Positions 49,206 through 63,192 of a stretch of DNA of 64,000 nucleotides are shown here, piece by piece. The DNA lies in the NCBI GenBank assembly GCA_002269645.1, contig NIVC01000793.1, positions 248,001 through 312,000 of the forward strand. Reading direction: 5' to 3'. Made by a program: the position numbers and the translations under genes. Origin of the DNA: Macrostomum lignano (lineage: Eukaryota). How positions within the stretch are numbered: the first letter of the stretch is position 1; each line of letters starts with the position of its first letter. Under the pieces are notes generated by a model. The model searched no databases, was not told the origin of the DNA, and saw nothing but the letters and a program-made list of their open reading frames with translations.

Positions 49206-51051
49206 GGTAGCTACATGTACTATTACATTGCTAAATACGAAGATATGTACTTTTAGCCTTCAACGCGCCAACTAGCCTCTCATAGCGCTGATGATAGGCT
49301 AACTCGAACTTCAGAGACCGCATGATTCATTTACCCGAGCCGCTTGGCTACCCTAGAGTGCACAAAGTACATCTCTGGCGCCGATTCTGCACTTTTGGCA
49401 GTTTTGCTCACTAATTTGATAGATTGGTCGACTGAGAACTGCCTTGCCATTGGTCCACTGTGACCGGCGCCTACTAGCTTAGCTACTCATCTGAGCCATC
49501 GGCGAACAAAGAAATAAAGCCGACAAAGATAACTGTTAGATTTAACCTTCTCCTTAGTTCACTTCACACTTTAGATTGAATTGGAGTCTTAGACTACTAG
49601 CAGTATTATTGAATGATTCCTGCCTCAGCAACAGCACTACTGAACAAAATGAGCAAAAGTGTGCGCCTAATTCAGCTACTGCAACAGGGGACAGAAAAGG
49701 GATCACCCAATCAAGCAAGTCTAGGTAGCCTCTCACCCAACCAATCAGAAACTCAACAGCCGGAGACCAGGTATTCCACAGTGACCGAATCGGCTCGATG
49801 CTCTGCAGCTGTAGACTCGGGATGATGCTGTCACAATCTTCGCTGTTAGCTAGCAGGTGATGCTCTTAACTGGATGTTCGCTGCTGTCGACCGGGGGACT
49901 CGTCCTTGATGATGATGGGGGAAGTTGCAATCCGGGGATCAAGAAACGACGGTCGTGCTCCGGGAACCAGAAGTTGCGCGCTGGGCCCGAGCCAAAGTAA
50001 GAAGAAGTTGCGTCCGAGCGGGCCAAAAACTCCGGTTTAAATAGCCGCCAACTGGACCGCAGTTTGTTATAACGGAACACGTCGATTCTGATTGGCTGAG
50101 CCGTTTTGTTAAAATGAGCGCCGAATTTTCTGATTGGCTAGGCTCGTTGCCACCCAGAATCACGTGACCGAGAGATCCTATCAGTTCCCACAGGGTCGTA
50201 AAAAGATGACAGGTGCGGCCATAAATCACTCAAAATCGCAACAAAATGATTTATGACTTTTCGCGTAGGATTGACAGAAATTAATGAAAAAATATACATT
50301 AGAAAGCTCTTATTAAATAGAAAGTGAAGATAATGAAGAGAAATCGCTAATCGCTAATCCCAAGGTACTTTTAGGGGTAAAACGCATAGCTGTCAAAGCT
50401 GTCACACGCTTGAGTGAATCCGAACAATAGGCTCTGACCTCATAAATCTTGATGGCCTGTCAAAATAATGAGAAAAAAGCTACCGCCCGCATCCTCTCAG
50501 ACCATCTGGCGCCCGCTTCAACACTGAGTGAGGCGCAGGTGGCTGTCAGATCAGCTTTGAAAGCGATGATTTATGACCCAAAAAGCTGCGCCTATGTTAA
50601 TATGACTACTAGTATGGCCAGACATTATATCTAGTATAGATTCTATGAAAATTCGCAGAAAAAGGATAAAAATGCCCACTGCCCACTGTTAGTAGGCAAG
50701 TAAGTTTAGAGCCCATGTGCTAGCGCGGGATTTGGGAAAAAGTGCGTCCTCATCAAATATTTCATTTCAGCGGCGGCCACCTGAATCCGGCTGTGGCGCT
50801 GCGCGTCTTCGTCGCTGGAAAGAGGACATGGCCGTTGCTGATTTTGTATCCGATTGCCCAGTTGCTCGGTGCTCTGGTTGGCTCCCTGCTAGCCATGGTG
50901 GGTGCATGGCTTCCGAGTCCACGATTTTGCCTGCCGGCAGTCATTCCAAATTTCTCTCGTTGACAATTGCACTCATTTGCCTATCTCGCAGGTCTTCAGG
51001 ATCGGAGTGCCGGAGAGCAAGAGTCCGATGAGCCTGTCAACAGAAACCACC

Positions 51052-51387
51052 GGGAGCACGAGAATTTCCCGCAGGAAGTTTTCCCGCCGAGGTTTTCCCG
51101 CAGGGTTTTTACAGTCGGAATTTCAAGTCAAATCCAGTCTATAGACAATGCTGGACTATATTAGAACTAGCCTAGACTAGACTAGTCATAAACTAGACTA
51201 GATTAAAAACTAGACTAGATTAGAACTAGACTAGATTAAAAACCAGACTAGATTAAAACTAGACTAGATTAGAACTAGACTAAACTAGATTTCAAATCCG
51301 ATTACATTTGATTTGAAATTCCGACAGGAAAAGCCCTGCGGGCAAACCTCGGCACGAAAACTTCCTGTGGGAAATTCTCATAGACCC
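51052..51387. mobile_element. 336-bp Mutator-like MITE inserted in aquaporin exon 3
   Basis: ~80-bp imperfect TIRs with GGG...CCC ends; perfect 8-bp TSD AAACCACC (51044-51051 / 51388-51395); internal ACTAG-based repeats. Removing it restores the frame STETT-RLAEH. Confidence 0.88.
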
Positions 51388-53057
51388 AAACCACCCGCTT
51401 GGCTGAGCACTTCCCCATCGAAGGTCTGGATGCCGGACGGGCCATACTGGGAGAAGCAACCATCACTTTCATGCTCTTTCTATAGTGGTTCTGATGACCA
51501 CGGATCAGAAGAACAAGACCGGATTCGCTCCGCTGGCCATTGGCATTGCCGTGCTCTGTGGAGTTCTCTGCAGGTCAGGGTCGCTGAGTTTAACTTTTTT
51601 GAGAAGCTCTGTGTTAATTTAGGCAATCGTGGGATGTCAACTACTCTACTTTTCCAAGTGACTTTTTAAGTCTATCAAGGGTATTAACTCTAGGGTTCTA
51701 AACAGATGGAGCCAACATCCCTCAACGGTGGTTCAGAAACCTATCGAGTCACTCTTAAATCGTTGCCAACCCGTCCCGTGCAATCACACAGTGGCCACGT
51801 GACTGGCGGCGGCTCAATGAACCCGGTTCGCTCGTTTGGAATCTCTACATTTATTTTTTTGGCCCCCTGGTTGGCGGGGCCCTGGCCGGCGTTGTATACA
51901 AGTAAGTCACGTGTCAATTGGCAATGGCGCAACCAGCACTCACCTACTTACTATAAGTAGCCACACAGTACATTTACAATAAAAAAGAAAACAAAAAATA
52001 CTGAATTAAAAAGCCGACAATTATCCTTTTCAGAATACTAGCGCCGATTCTCGTTGGGTACAAGGACTACTTAAGTTTAACGAAGTGACTTCAGTGGTCT
52101 TTGGTTGGGTAATGAAGAAAACAGATTGAGACCGATCGACGAGTGAAGAAGTCTGTTTTTGGGACTTTGTTTGCAACCATTCACTCACTAACAGCTATTA
52201 TTATGGTGTTAAAGCTACACAGCCATTAAGTAGCGTTGAAAAAGTTATTATTTTTATTACGAGCTAGAGTGATTTGAATTTTAACTTTAAAACTTCTAGC
52301 TCACATTATATTTAACAGACGTGTTAGTGAGCTGAAGAAAGTATAACATTTTAATTCTTGTGACACTCTTGTGCTCTGATCTCTAGCGTGATTGAATAGT
52401 TTTTTGTTAGGCTCTGTGCACTCTTTGAACATTTTGCTTATGATGAAAGTAGCAGGAAACCGTGTAATGAAATAGGGGACAGCGGTTGGTGATCTGGTGT
52501 AGCGTTAGCACTCCGTGAGTGTCCTCTGTTGAGAGTAGGACCTCGGGATTAGACCAGTATTAGGTCAACTTCTCCGTTAGTCGACCTATCTACTCATTTT
52601 CAATCTTCTATTCATCTACCGCGAGTCCGTCTTATTCATTGCTGAGATTTGCTTGCCAAATTGCGTTGAATCACTCGTATTAAGCGTTTAATTTACGAGT
52701 CAATTATCTGAATCCTGTGTATCGAGAATCAAGCAAACGAATTCAAGACCTATTATCAGTTAGCCCCCGCTATTTTCAAAATCAAATGATCACTCAATCT
52801 AAATCAATCTGGACTTGTCTTATCCGTGTCATTCATTTACTTGTACCGTACCTGCGACTATTGGAGAAAGTTTGGTAGGACTCAATAATTTTAAACTCTC
52901 CGATTGCTCCAGTAGGTTTGTCTAGGTCCTAAACTATTTGCCGTATCGTAAATATTACAGGGACAAGGTAGCAAAAGATCAAGCCGTCTTTTCCGTAGAT
53001 GAGGACGTCTATGGCCAAGAGACCATTGATTTAGTGCAAAGTCAGCGAGGGGCAAAA

Positions 53058-54559
53058 ACTGACTGACTGACTGACTGACTGACTGACTGACTGACTGACT
53101 GACTGACTGACTGACTGACTGACTGACTGACTGACTGACTGACTGACTGACTGACTGACTGACTGACTGACTGACTGACTGACTGACTGACTGACTGACT
53201 GACTGACTGACTGACTGACTGACTGACTGACTGACTGACTGACTGACTGACTGACTGACTGACTGACTGACTGACTGACTGACTGACTGACTGACTGACT
53301 GACTGACTGACTGACTGACTGACTGACTGACTGACTGACTGACTGACTGACTGACTGACTGACTGACTGACTGACTGACTGACTGACTGACTGACTGACT
53401 GACTGACTGACTGACTGACTGACTGACTGACTGACTGACTGACTGACTGACTGACTGACTGACTGACTGACTGACTGACTGACTGACTGACTGACTGACT
53501 GACTGACTGACTGACTGACTGACTGACTGACTGACTGACTGACTGACTGACTGACTGACTGACTGACTGACTGACTGACTGACTGACTGACTGACTGACT
53601 GACTGACTGACTGACTGACTGACTGACTGACTGACTGACTGACTGACTGACTGACTGACTGACTGACTGACTGACTGACTGACTGACTGACTGACTGACT
53701 GACTGACTGACTGACTGACTGACTGACTGACTGACTGACTGACTGACTGACTGACTGACTGACTGACTGACTGACTGACTGACTGACTGACTGACTGACT
53801 GACTGACTGACTGACTGACTGACTGACTGACTGACTGACTGACTGACTGACTGACTGACTGACTGACTGACTGACTGACTGACTGACTGACTGACTGACT
53901 GACTGACTGACTGACTGACTGACTGACTGACTGACTGACTGACTGACTGACTGACTGACTGACTGACTGACTGACTGACTGACTGACTGACTGACTGACT
54001 GACTGACTGACTGACTGACTGACTGACTGACTGACTGACTGACTGACTGACTGACTGACTGACTGACTGACTGACTGACTGACTGACTGACTGACTGACT
54101 GACTGACTGACTGACTGACTGACTGACTGACTGACTGACTGACTGACTGACTGACTGACTGACTGACTGACTGACTGACTGACTGACTGACTGACTGACT
54201 GACTGACTGACTGACTGACTGACTGACTGACTGACTGACTGACTGACTGACTGACTGACTGACTGACTGACTGACTGACTGACTGACTGACTGACTGACT
54301 GACTGACTGACTGACTGACTGACTGACTGACTGACTGACTGACTGACTGACTGACTGACTGACTGACTGACTGACTGACTGACTGACTGACTGACTGACT
54401 GACTGACTGACTGACTGACTGACTGACTGACTGACTGACTGACTGACTGACTGACTGACTGACTGACTGACTGACTGACTGACTGACTGACTGACTGACT
54501 GACTGACTGACTGACTGACTGACTGACTGACTGACTGACTGACTGACTGACTGACTGAC
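53058..54559. repeat. Perfect (GACT)n microsatellite, ~1.5 kb (~375 units)
   Basis: No interruptions seen; the 568-aa SQSV ORF is an artefact. Confidence 0.97.
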
Positions 54560-56686
54560 CTCCGAAAAAAGGGTGTGCGTGGCGACCCCCCAGTCACTTG
54601 ACTGGGGGATGACAGCTTACGAGCTATGGCCCGAGGTACTGATACCAGGGTAGAGGGGATCAGACCTCACCCTCCCAGGGGCGACCGCCCTAGATGGAGA
54701 ATTGGTAGCTTGGGTTGTGGTCCGATTAGCAAGGTCCCACTGTTCTAATCCCAACCACGATCAATCGATCAAGGAGTTTTGAAGCTAAGGGACTGCATTA
54801 TTACACCTTAAATCTCCTAATGATCTGCTAACAGCATCTGTTTTGCATCCCTGCAGCCCTAGCCTTCTCACTAGCCTGCATGATTAAAAGATTAATAAAT
54901 CAAACCAGGACAACTAAGTTATGATTTTCACCTGACAAGTATCTCAGCTACAGATACTGCATGCTACTCAAGAATGAATTATTGAATTATTGCAAAGCGG
55001 GACCGGGATCGGGATCCCGATGGTCGATCCCAGGATTCGAAATTCCGGACAATTGTGATCTTGGGATTTAGAATCCCGTGATTTGGGCCCGGGATTGCAT
55101 TCCCTATGGACAACCATCCGCGCGGTGAGCGCGTTACTCGTTTCACTTATCTCCCTCCAGTGTCTTAAACTGTCTGTGAGAAGCTCAATCGGTCTCCGTA
55201 AGAATTCATCTGACATATTAGCTCCAAATGTTGCGGAATTAAATAGATGATGTCAGCACGATTGAGAAATACTCGTGGTGATTGTGAAGGTCTCCACTGG
55301 TGCAGCACTCCAGCACTACAGGGTCGAAATCTGTCAATTAATCAAGCAGATAGAAAAGCTCGGATCTGAGTTGAACTCAGAGAAATCTCTGACTTCTTGC
55401 TTTTCTTTTCTTGTAAGCACGATTTACATGAAAACATTGTGCTACCCATGTAAACTTACACAAACACACGCTTTACCAGTGGCGCAGAGTTCTTTTACTG
55501 AGACTAGTCGTGTTATACGTTGTCAAGCAGCAGACAAGCAAACTGCGCTCAAAACAACAAAAAACAAAACAAACAGCTTTCAGCACAAAAATTGTTATTG
55601 CTTCCGATGGGAGGCAGACCCAATGTTCATCTTTTGATATGTGCCTTTCTCATAGCTCTATTGATATTCATAAAGCTTTTTGTTCAAAAAATTAGGATTC
55701 TGTATCAACAGTCAACAGTATCAACTGTCCGCTACCACAACCAGTCCGCTACCTTGCCATCAATACGCGGCCAGGCTCGGTTAAAGTCTTCTCGAAGCAA
55801 CGTCTTGTAGAAGAAAAGGGTCCGGAAGAGTGACAACAAAAATAGTGTTAAATTCATGGGTTTTCCGGGCAAAACTACTCAGAAATTCCATAATGTAAAG
55901 CGATATTTGAAGCAAGTGCTTGTAACAATCGTTCGTGGTGGTGAAACATGCTAAAAGAGTCTAACGGTGGAAGTAAATTGTTACATGTATGTGCCCTCAA
56001 GATCGACATGGAAGGAGCATAATATCGATAGACCTATCGATAGAGCCATAAAAATATCTATTAAAATGTACGCTGTTAAAGGTTTGAGAATTTATTCACG
56101 ATTAGACAGTCAAATTTCTTCAAAGAGAAAGAGAAAGGATCAAAGAAAATTAATTCCCTCAAATTTACGAATAAGTGGGGCAGGACTGCCAGCTAAATAG
56201 TGACGAGCTTATTTGACCGGCAGGACTGCATGCCGGCTATAAATATGACGAGCTTATTTGATCGGCAGGAGTGCCGGCTAAATAGTGGCGAGCTTATTTT
56301 ACCGGTGCCGGTCGAATACTCGTAGTACAAACTTAGTCGTCCGGTGACCGCCGCGCGCCGGCTAAGCACTGCTTTATTTTAAACCGAGTTAGGCTTTATT
56401 AGTGTAAAGAGTAAAACAAAGATTATAAAGTATATTATTAGAAAAAAGTATTTATGCTATCAATAGGAACATTCTAATAAATTTTTGCTATTTCTTTTTT
56501 AAATTTAGCTTTTTAAACAGTTTAAGTTAGTGGCGCTACAAGGTCAGTAAAGTTTTGTCTGATATATATTAATTTACATTAGTAATTTTCAAGTTCATCA
56601 CGAACTTCTTGCTGCCGAAGTTTGTTTGGATCGAGCTCTGTCACCTTCGTTTGTTAACTCTCTTCTTGACTTAATCAAAAACTGTC

Positions 56687-59600
56687 ATGGCTCAGGTATG
56701 TAGTTTTTGCGTCTCTTGTTGACACGATATGATTTTAGATGAATAAACTTACAGAGTATGACTAGGCCTGCCCTAAATTTTATCTTAGTTAGGCTTAGGC
56801 CTAACTATCTTTAAAGCTAAGCTAGGGCCTAATCAATGTTTATCGACTTGTTTCATTTTTCGTCAGCTATACAGTTTGTCAACACATTAGCTTTCTATCA
56901 AAATCCACATATTTGTGGGACATTTCATTAAGTCCACAGAAATGAGTCATTTTATTTCTTTATTACATTGACATAGATTCCTACTTTTCTGGACCTATAA
57001 TCTTATATGTAGTAGGCGGTTGGCCTATATAAAGGAATTTTAGCAAAAGAGTTATCATAATTTATAGCATTGTGATAGAAAGCCTTTATGTTTAATAGAT
57101 GTAATGGCAGCAAAAATTTGCTGCTTTGCACATTGTGCATATACCTATAGGCCTATTGGTGCATGACCATAGTCCGGATCATGGCCTATATGCCAAATTA
57201 ATTTGGCATACAGTCACCCCTTGCTAACCCTATTGGCGTACAACCAAAAAATTAGGCCCTACCTATTGGCATAAGTGGTGTACACACTGTTGCTATTGCA
57301 ATGGGTGCCACCGAATTCATCAACATTTAATTTGTCAACTCTGTTGACGAATTCGGCTACCTTAATAGGCACTGTTGACGAATTTAGTTATCTGAGTAGG
57401 CCTGTCCAATATACATGCAGTACACATCTCAAAAATATACCGAAGAAATGAAATTTAAAAAAGACCAAAGCCAATTTTGAAAGTAAAACAAAGGCGAATG
57501 CATGGTTATACAAACCCATGGTTATTTGTGTATTCATTGTTTATGCAAAAATATAAAGTTAAAATTGCAGTTAAAACAAAACGAAAAGAGATCTTAGAAA
57601 CGAGATTATTTTTTAGAAGGCCCTCGTTATTTGTCTGGTACCAGACAAATAATGAGGGCCTTTTTAGAAACAAAAAGAGTCCGAAAAAGTAAAAAACTAA
57701 AAATCCAATGCAGCATGCTGCACATTCGGAGAAGCTCCACCAGGTGTCAGCTCTTGATCGTCATACTTACGATACAGTGATTTCAATCGATTGTCTATTC
57801 GACAATATTTAGCACGCTTCACTCGGCCATTTTCGCCCTGCAGAACGAGCTGGGCCTGTACGTCTGCCAACAGAGCCTTTCTGTGGAGCAGTTTGAATAG
57901 CACATACAGCTATAACTGGCCTCTATAGGCGCGGGTCTTCAAACGATGGTGCCAGCCTTCCACCTCATTGTTCGCGTGCTCTGCTTATGAATGCTAACAT
58001 CATCCTTTACTGCCTGGTCGGTTGAAAATGCCTGTCAATCTGTTTTAATTATGTTGTACATGTCCCTGCCTCTTTATAGAGTACATGTAAATGTACTTTC
58101 ATAAGCCCAACTCACCTGTTGTAGACCTTCCTGTTGAACTCTACGCCATGCAGATGGCTTGCGAATAGTAGAATAGCTAGACAGCCGATGATAGTGACCA
58201 CTGGCCAGATCTCGCAAGCCGCCTACCATGCAGCCGCTTCAATATATTAAATATACTATATACTAAATCTTTAAATTTAAAAGAAATTTACATTATTGAG
58301 ATACGAAACAACTTTTAGTAATTCTGCCTAATTTTGTTGACAAATTCTCTCAGCTTGTTTTTAACTATTGACAAATTCGACTTCCTCCAATTTCTCACAT
58401 TTTAGTTCTGTTGACGAATTCGGTGTAACCCGTTGCAACTTGCAATGTAATGTACATAAACATTGGTATTTTTTAGGAATTTGTATAATAATTTAAAAAA
58501 TGGAATTTATGTTAGAAATACATTCACTTTAACAAAATATATTCCCATCTATTGTTCTATTGAATAATTTTAATATTCTAATAAAACCTGCTGCTAGAGG
58601 CATAATATATAAATTTGTACCTGTAAATGTGGCATACAGTTAGGGAAGGCAGAAAAAATTTAGTGTACATTGGCATACAAACTGTGGATCCATCAAGTTT
58701 TAGTTTAGCATACACCCTGCCATGATCTGGACTATAGGTGCATGACTGAGACCACCACAACACTAGGGCCTATTACTGGCTCCTGTTATTGAAGGGGAGC
58801 TACCAATCTTCTAGCATTGCTATTCCTCTTATAGGTTCCTCTCTTGCAGTTGCAGGCTTGTCCTGCTAGCTCTTCTACCCACTTATCTCTTCTTTAGCAC
58901 CATTCAATAATAAATAAATCCAAATTCCTCCCTTAGCTCCTCAAGTGTGGCGGTCTTGGTCCTAAACCAGCCTATTTATATTTAAAAACAATGCAAGATT
59001 GAGGGGCTTATAGAGGTGCAAAAAGGTGGTGTGATAAGCTTTGCCAACCCACTGGCTTAGTGAGCTGGCTAGCTTGTAGAAGATTCTGGAATGGCAAGCA
59101 CCAATGATTTAGTTACGCATTTGCTACGCAACCAAAGCCATTGTTAGCAGAGAAGCATCACACTCACGGTGATATAATATTCGTTTTTGCCACACCATTC
59201 TGGTTAGGAAAGTAGAACAAGTAGATTGCATATGAAATATGAATATATGCTCGTACATGAATTTAAAGACTCGGTATCCGAGGTGCTAATACAAGTATAT
59301 CTAGAGGGTCTTCCCAAATGCTAGTGTTTGTGGCTGTAATTTTCACTGGACTCAAGCAGTTTGGCACAAAGTCCAGAACATAGGACTTCAACAGTCTTAT
59401 CAAGAAGATGAAGGCATGCAAAAGTTTGTCTGGAAAATTATGGCCTTGCCTTATTTGCCTGCGGACACTATTGTGGCAGCCTTTGATGAGCTTTGGTCAG
59501 AAAATGCCGTTGCAGCTGATGAACTGATGAGTTTGGCCTTTTTAAGCCTATAGCTTTGGGCCCCAGAACTTAGAAATGAATCTCTTAGAACTCTGGCCTC

Positions 59601-62600
59601 TCACTCCTGTCAGATGATCAGTCCAAGGTAGCTAGATTGTGGGCAAGCAGCAACGTCCTATAGCTGAGAGAAGAAAGCAAGCAACAAGCAAGGAGAATTT
59701 GAAAGGTAGAGATTAGCTAATTCGCAGATTAACCAACCCATTGCCACAAGTCCAAGCGCACTGGCTCACCAAACCGAAGCTATTGAAATTGGACTTCCAA
59801 CTAGAGGGGCACTGCACTTACCTGCTATCTAGCATCTTTTAGCTGTCTATCTCAAAGTCATAGCCAAATAGAAGGGACACTGCTGGGACTAAGATTGCAT
59901 TGGCCATGCAGGGACAGAGATGACTTCTGCAAGGGGTTCTTGCATTGGCGAGCCTTTATACACTGCCAAATGTACTACCTCATTACCAAATTCCTAGAAG
60001 TATATATATATATATATATATATGTAACTGCACGCTTTTAGCACTAAATATGTTAACACATTGACAGATAGCAATGATCTTGGTATATTGTCACATTTGG
60101 AAACCCTTAGCCTAACATTTAACTTGTTCTAGCTGCTTAGCTGCCTGAGACTGCATGAAGGCACCAGAGATATAACAAAGTCAGTGACAAAATCAATACA
60201 AAACAATAAAATATAATGAGTTTTGAGTAATAATTACTCTTGTTCATGAGTATATTATCCTACAAACAAAATAAACTTATATTTTTAAAACCTGTCACCA
60301 AATTGTCTCAACTTGTCACTGAAATGTCCAAAATTGTCATCAAAAAGGCTGTCACCAAAATGTCTTGTCACCGAAATGTCCAGGGACCTATTAAACTTCT
60401 CTTTTAAAAATCTTGCTGCTATATTCTACTCTTTCTTTTTGTGAGTCTGAGTAGCATTCTGGTAGCATTCTTAGTAGCCTGAATGGTCTTATTAGTATGT
60501 GTACTACTTCTCCAGTCTGGGCATTATTGAGATTAGAAGGTCATAGCACTTGCTCTTAGCACATACTTCTGATGCATGTACTGCTTTTGTATGTACTCCT
60601 GATCCCTTTAGCAAGTTTCTCTGAATGCTTCTTAGGATCTCTATTGTAAAATGATTAATGCTCTTAAGAATCTGAGAATGGTTTTAGTGAACAAGTTTCT
60701 ATAGTTCAAGAACAAGTTGCAAACAAGTTGAAAAAAAGTTGCTCTCTCCTTATAATGTGCTCCTATTTATACTAAGAAAAATTACATATTGCCAAATATT
60801 TATAACAAGTTTTACAACTTGAAAATATTCTGCATATTGTAACAAAAGGAATATTTAATGCTAATTTGAAAGCAACATTTCCTAGAAACATAATTAATAA
60901 CCTAAAATAAATTTAAGTGATACTATTAATTATTATAATAAATAAAATAAATTTATATATATAATAAATTATATATAAAATATTGTCTATAGATTCTAAA
61001 AACAAGTGGTTACATCTTTAAAATCCAAAATTTTGATTTCATGACTGAATGTCCACTTCTTGTGGAATTTCCCATAATATGGTTAATTATTATATTGTTA
61101 AATTGCTATTTGGCATTCACTATATGATTATCAACAATTAAATTATTTGTAATCTCAATTGGCGCCTCCTAGACCTGGTCATTTTTGCATCACAGTTTTA
61201 GGCATATAATGCTAAATGACATGACGATTTCGACAAAAAAGTCCAATTGATGGAGCAACAGAAAAATATAATTAAATGTTTTTTGCACCCTCCCAATTTG
61301 CTTTGCCACTCAAGCCACTGCGAGTTCTTGTCACCGGTGCCGCCGGCCAGATTGCCTACTCCCTGCTGTTCCCCATCGCCAATGGCGACGTGTTCGGCAA
61401 GGAGCAGCCTATTGTCCTGGTCATGCTCGACATCCCCCAGATGGTTGGCATCCTTGAGGGCGTCTGCATGGAGCTGCAGGATTGCGCTCTGCCTCTCCTC
61501 AAGGAGGTGATCGCCACCGACAAGGAGGAAGTGGCCTTCAAGGATCTGGATTACGCCCTGCTGGTTGGCGCCATGCCCCGCCGCGAGGGCATGGAGCGCA
61601 AAGATCTGCTCAAGGCCAACGTCAAGATCTTTCAATCGCAGGGTCGTGCGCTGGACCAGTATGCTAAGAAGACCTGCAAGGTGAGCAGGATTCTTTTACC
61701 CTAGTAACTAATTTTTACTATGCCATTTTTTGCACTGTGAACTATCCAGGTTGTGAAGAGAAACCCTACAGTGGAATTTCGTTTCTTAGAAAACACATCC
61801 CATCTCCATAGTGTATTTTTCGCGCACACCCAAGCGTCCCGAAGGTTTTCTAAGAAACAAGATTACGGATCTGTCTACGTAAGTAATTTTCGATTAAATC
61901 ACGGCTAATTAAATTACTTGGGAACAAAATATAGAGCCCATATAACGCCGCAGACTATAATTTAGCGCCACAGGCTAGATTTTAGCGCCACAGGCTAGAT
62001 TTTAGCGCCGCAGACTATAATTTAGCGCAACAGGCTAGATTTTAGCGCCACAGACTAGATTTTAGCGCCACACGCTAGATTTTAGCGTTCATGTTAGATT
62101 TTAGCGCTACAGGCTAGATTTTAGCGCCACAGGCTAGATTTTTAGCGCTACAGTCTAGATTTTAGCGTCACAGACTAGACTTAAGCGCCACAGGCTAGAT
62201 TTTTTGCGCCAATTTAGCGCCACAGAAAGATTGAAAACTTTAATGGTCAGATCTCTTTTGGAGGGGTCATGACCCTCTCCGGGCTACGCCAATGTATGTT
62301 ACCATTCCAAAATCTCGCAGGTGGTGGTTGTTGGCAACCCGGCCAACACCAACGCCCTGATCTGCAGCAAATTCGCGCCCAGCATCCCGGCTAAGAATTT
62401 CTCGGCCCTGACTAGGCTGGATCAGAACCGCGCCCGCGCCCAGATCGCCGCCTATTTGGGCCTGCCCTGCAACAGCGTCAGCCGCACTGTCATCTGGGGC
62501 AACCATTCCAACACGCAGTTCCCCGACGCTAGCAACGGCGTTGTTCGCGGCCTCGACGGCGTCGAGAAGTCTGTCTATGACGCTGTGGCTAATGAGGAAT

Positions 62601-63135
62601 GGCTGAAGGGCAAGTTTCTAGCTACCGTGCAGCAGCGCGGCGCCGCCGTTATCAAGGTAAATCTATTATTTTATTGCATAGCAACTGCCTGTGTTAGGCG
62701 TATACTAAATACTATATCTCAACTACATACATAGACTCCGTTACTCAATAGCGTGTCTATATAATACTTTCAGTAGCTCTCTAAAGTTTCAGAAGCTAGC
62801 TGTCATTGCTAAGTCGAAAAGAAACGTGCATAGAGTAGATAAAAACGGAGCATCTCAATTCATGCGAGTTTTTTCATAGTTTAGCGTCAAACTGTGAATA
62901 GTTGATCGACTTTTTAGAGTCAGAGATTCAGTTTGCAAAATTTATAGGTTACGCTAAGACCATGTACCCTGTTTTATCTTTAAGACTAGTTTACAGAAAA
63001 CTCTAGTAATATTCAGCTTTTAGTTTCCCCTAAGAAATTAGGCTGACGTTATCTTTTTTCTTGCCTGCGTTGTTTCTCTTAAGATAACTGTTTTAGTGGT
63101 AACACCGCTTCTTCGGTTTAATCTTTGATAGTGTA

Positions 63136-63192
<57 letters not shown>

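Larger units (their letters stand above)
48380..52088 (+). pseudogene. aqp: Aquaporin (AQP8-like) pseudogene; exons 48380-48637, 50771-50897, 50992-51573 (interrupted), 51792-51901, tentative 52034-52088
   Basis: IAIAHGFGLFVLV..IS|GGHLNPAVAL, APLAIGIAV, TGGGSMNPVRSFG, YFFGPLVGGALAG. Lesions: +1 nt in T run 48476-79, MITE at 51052-51387, -1 nt at ~51480 (TAG 51483-85), frameshifting deletion at ~51838. Confidence 0.85.

Noticed and set aside
54968-55830. Fragments of a minus-strand gene divergent from mdh1
   Set aside because: Short frames interrupted by stops and repeats; no coherent exon chain or homology.
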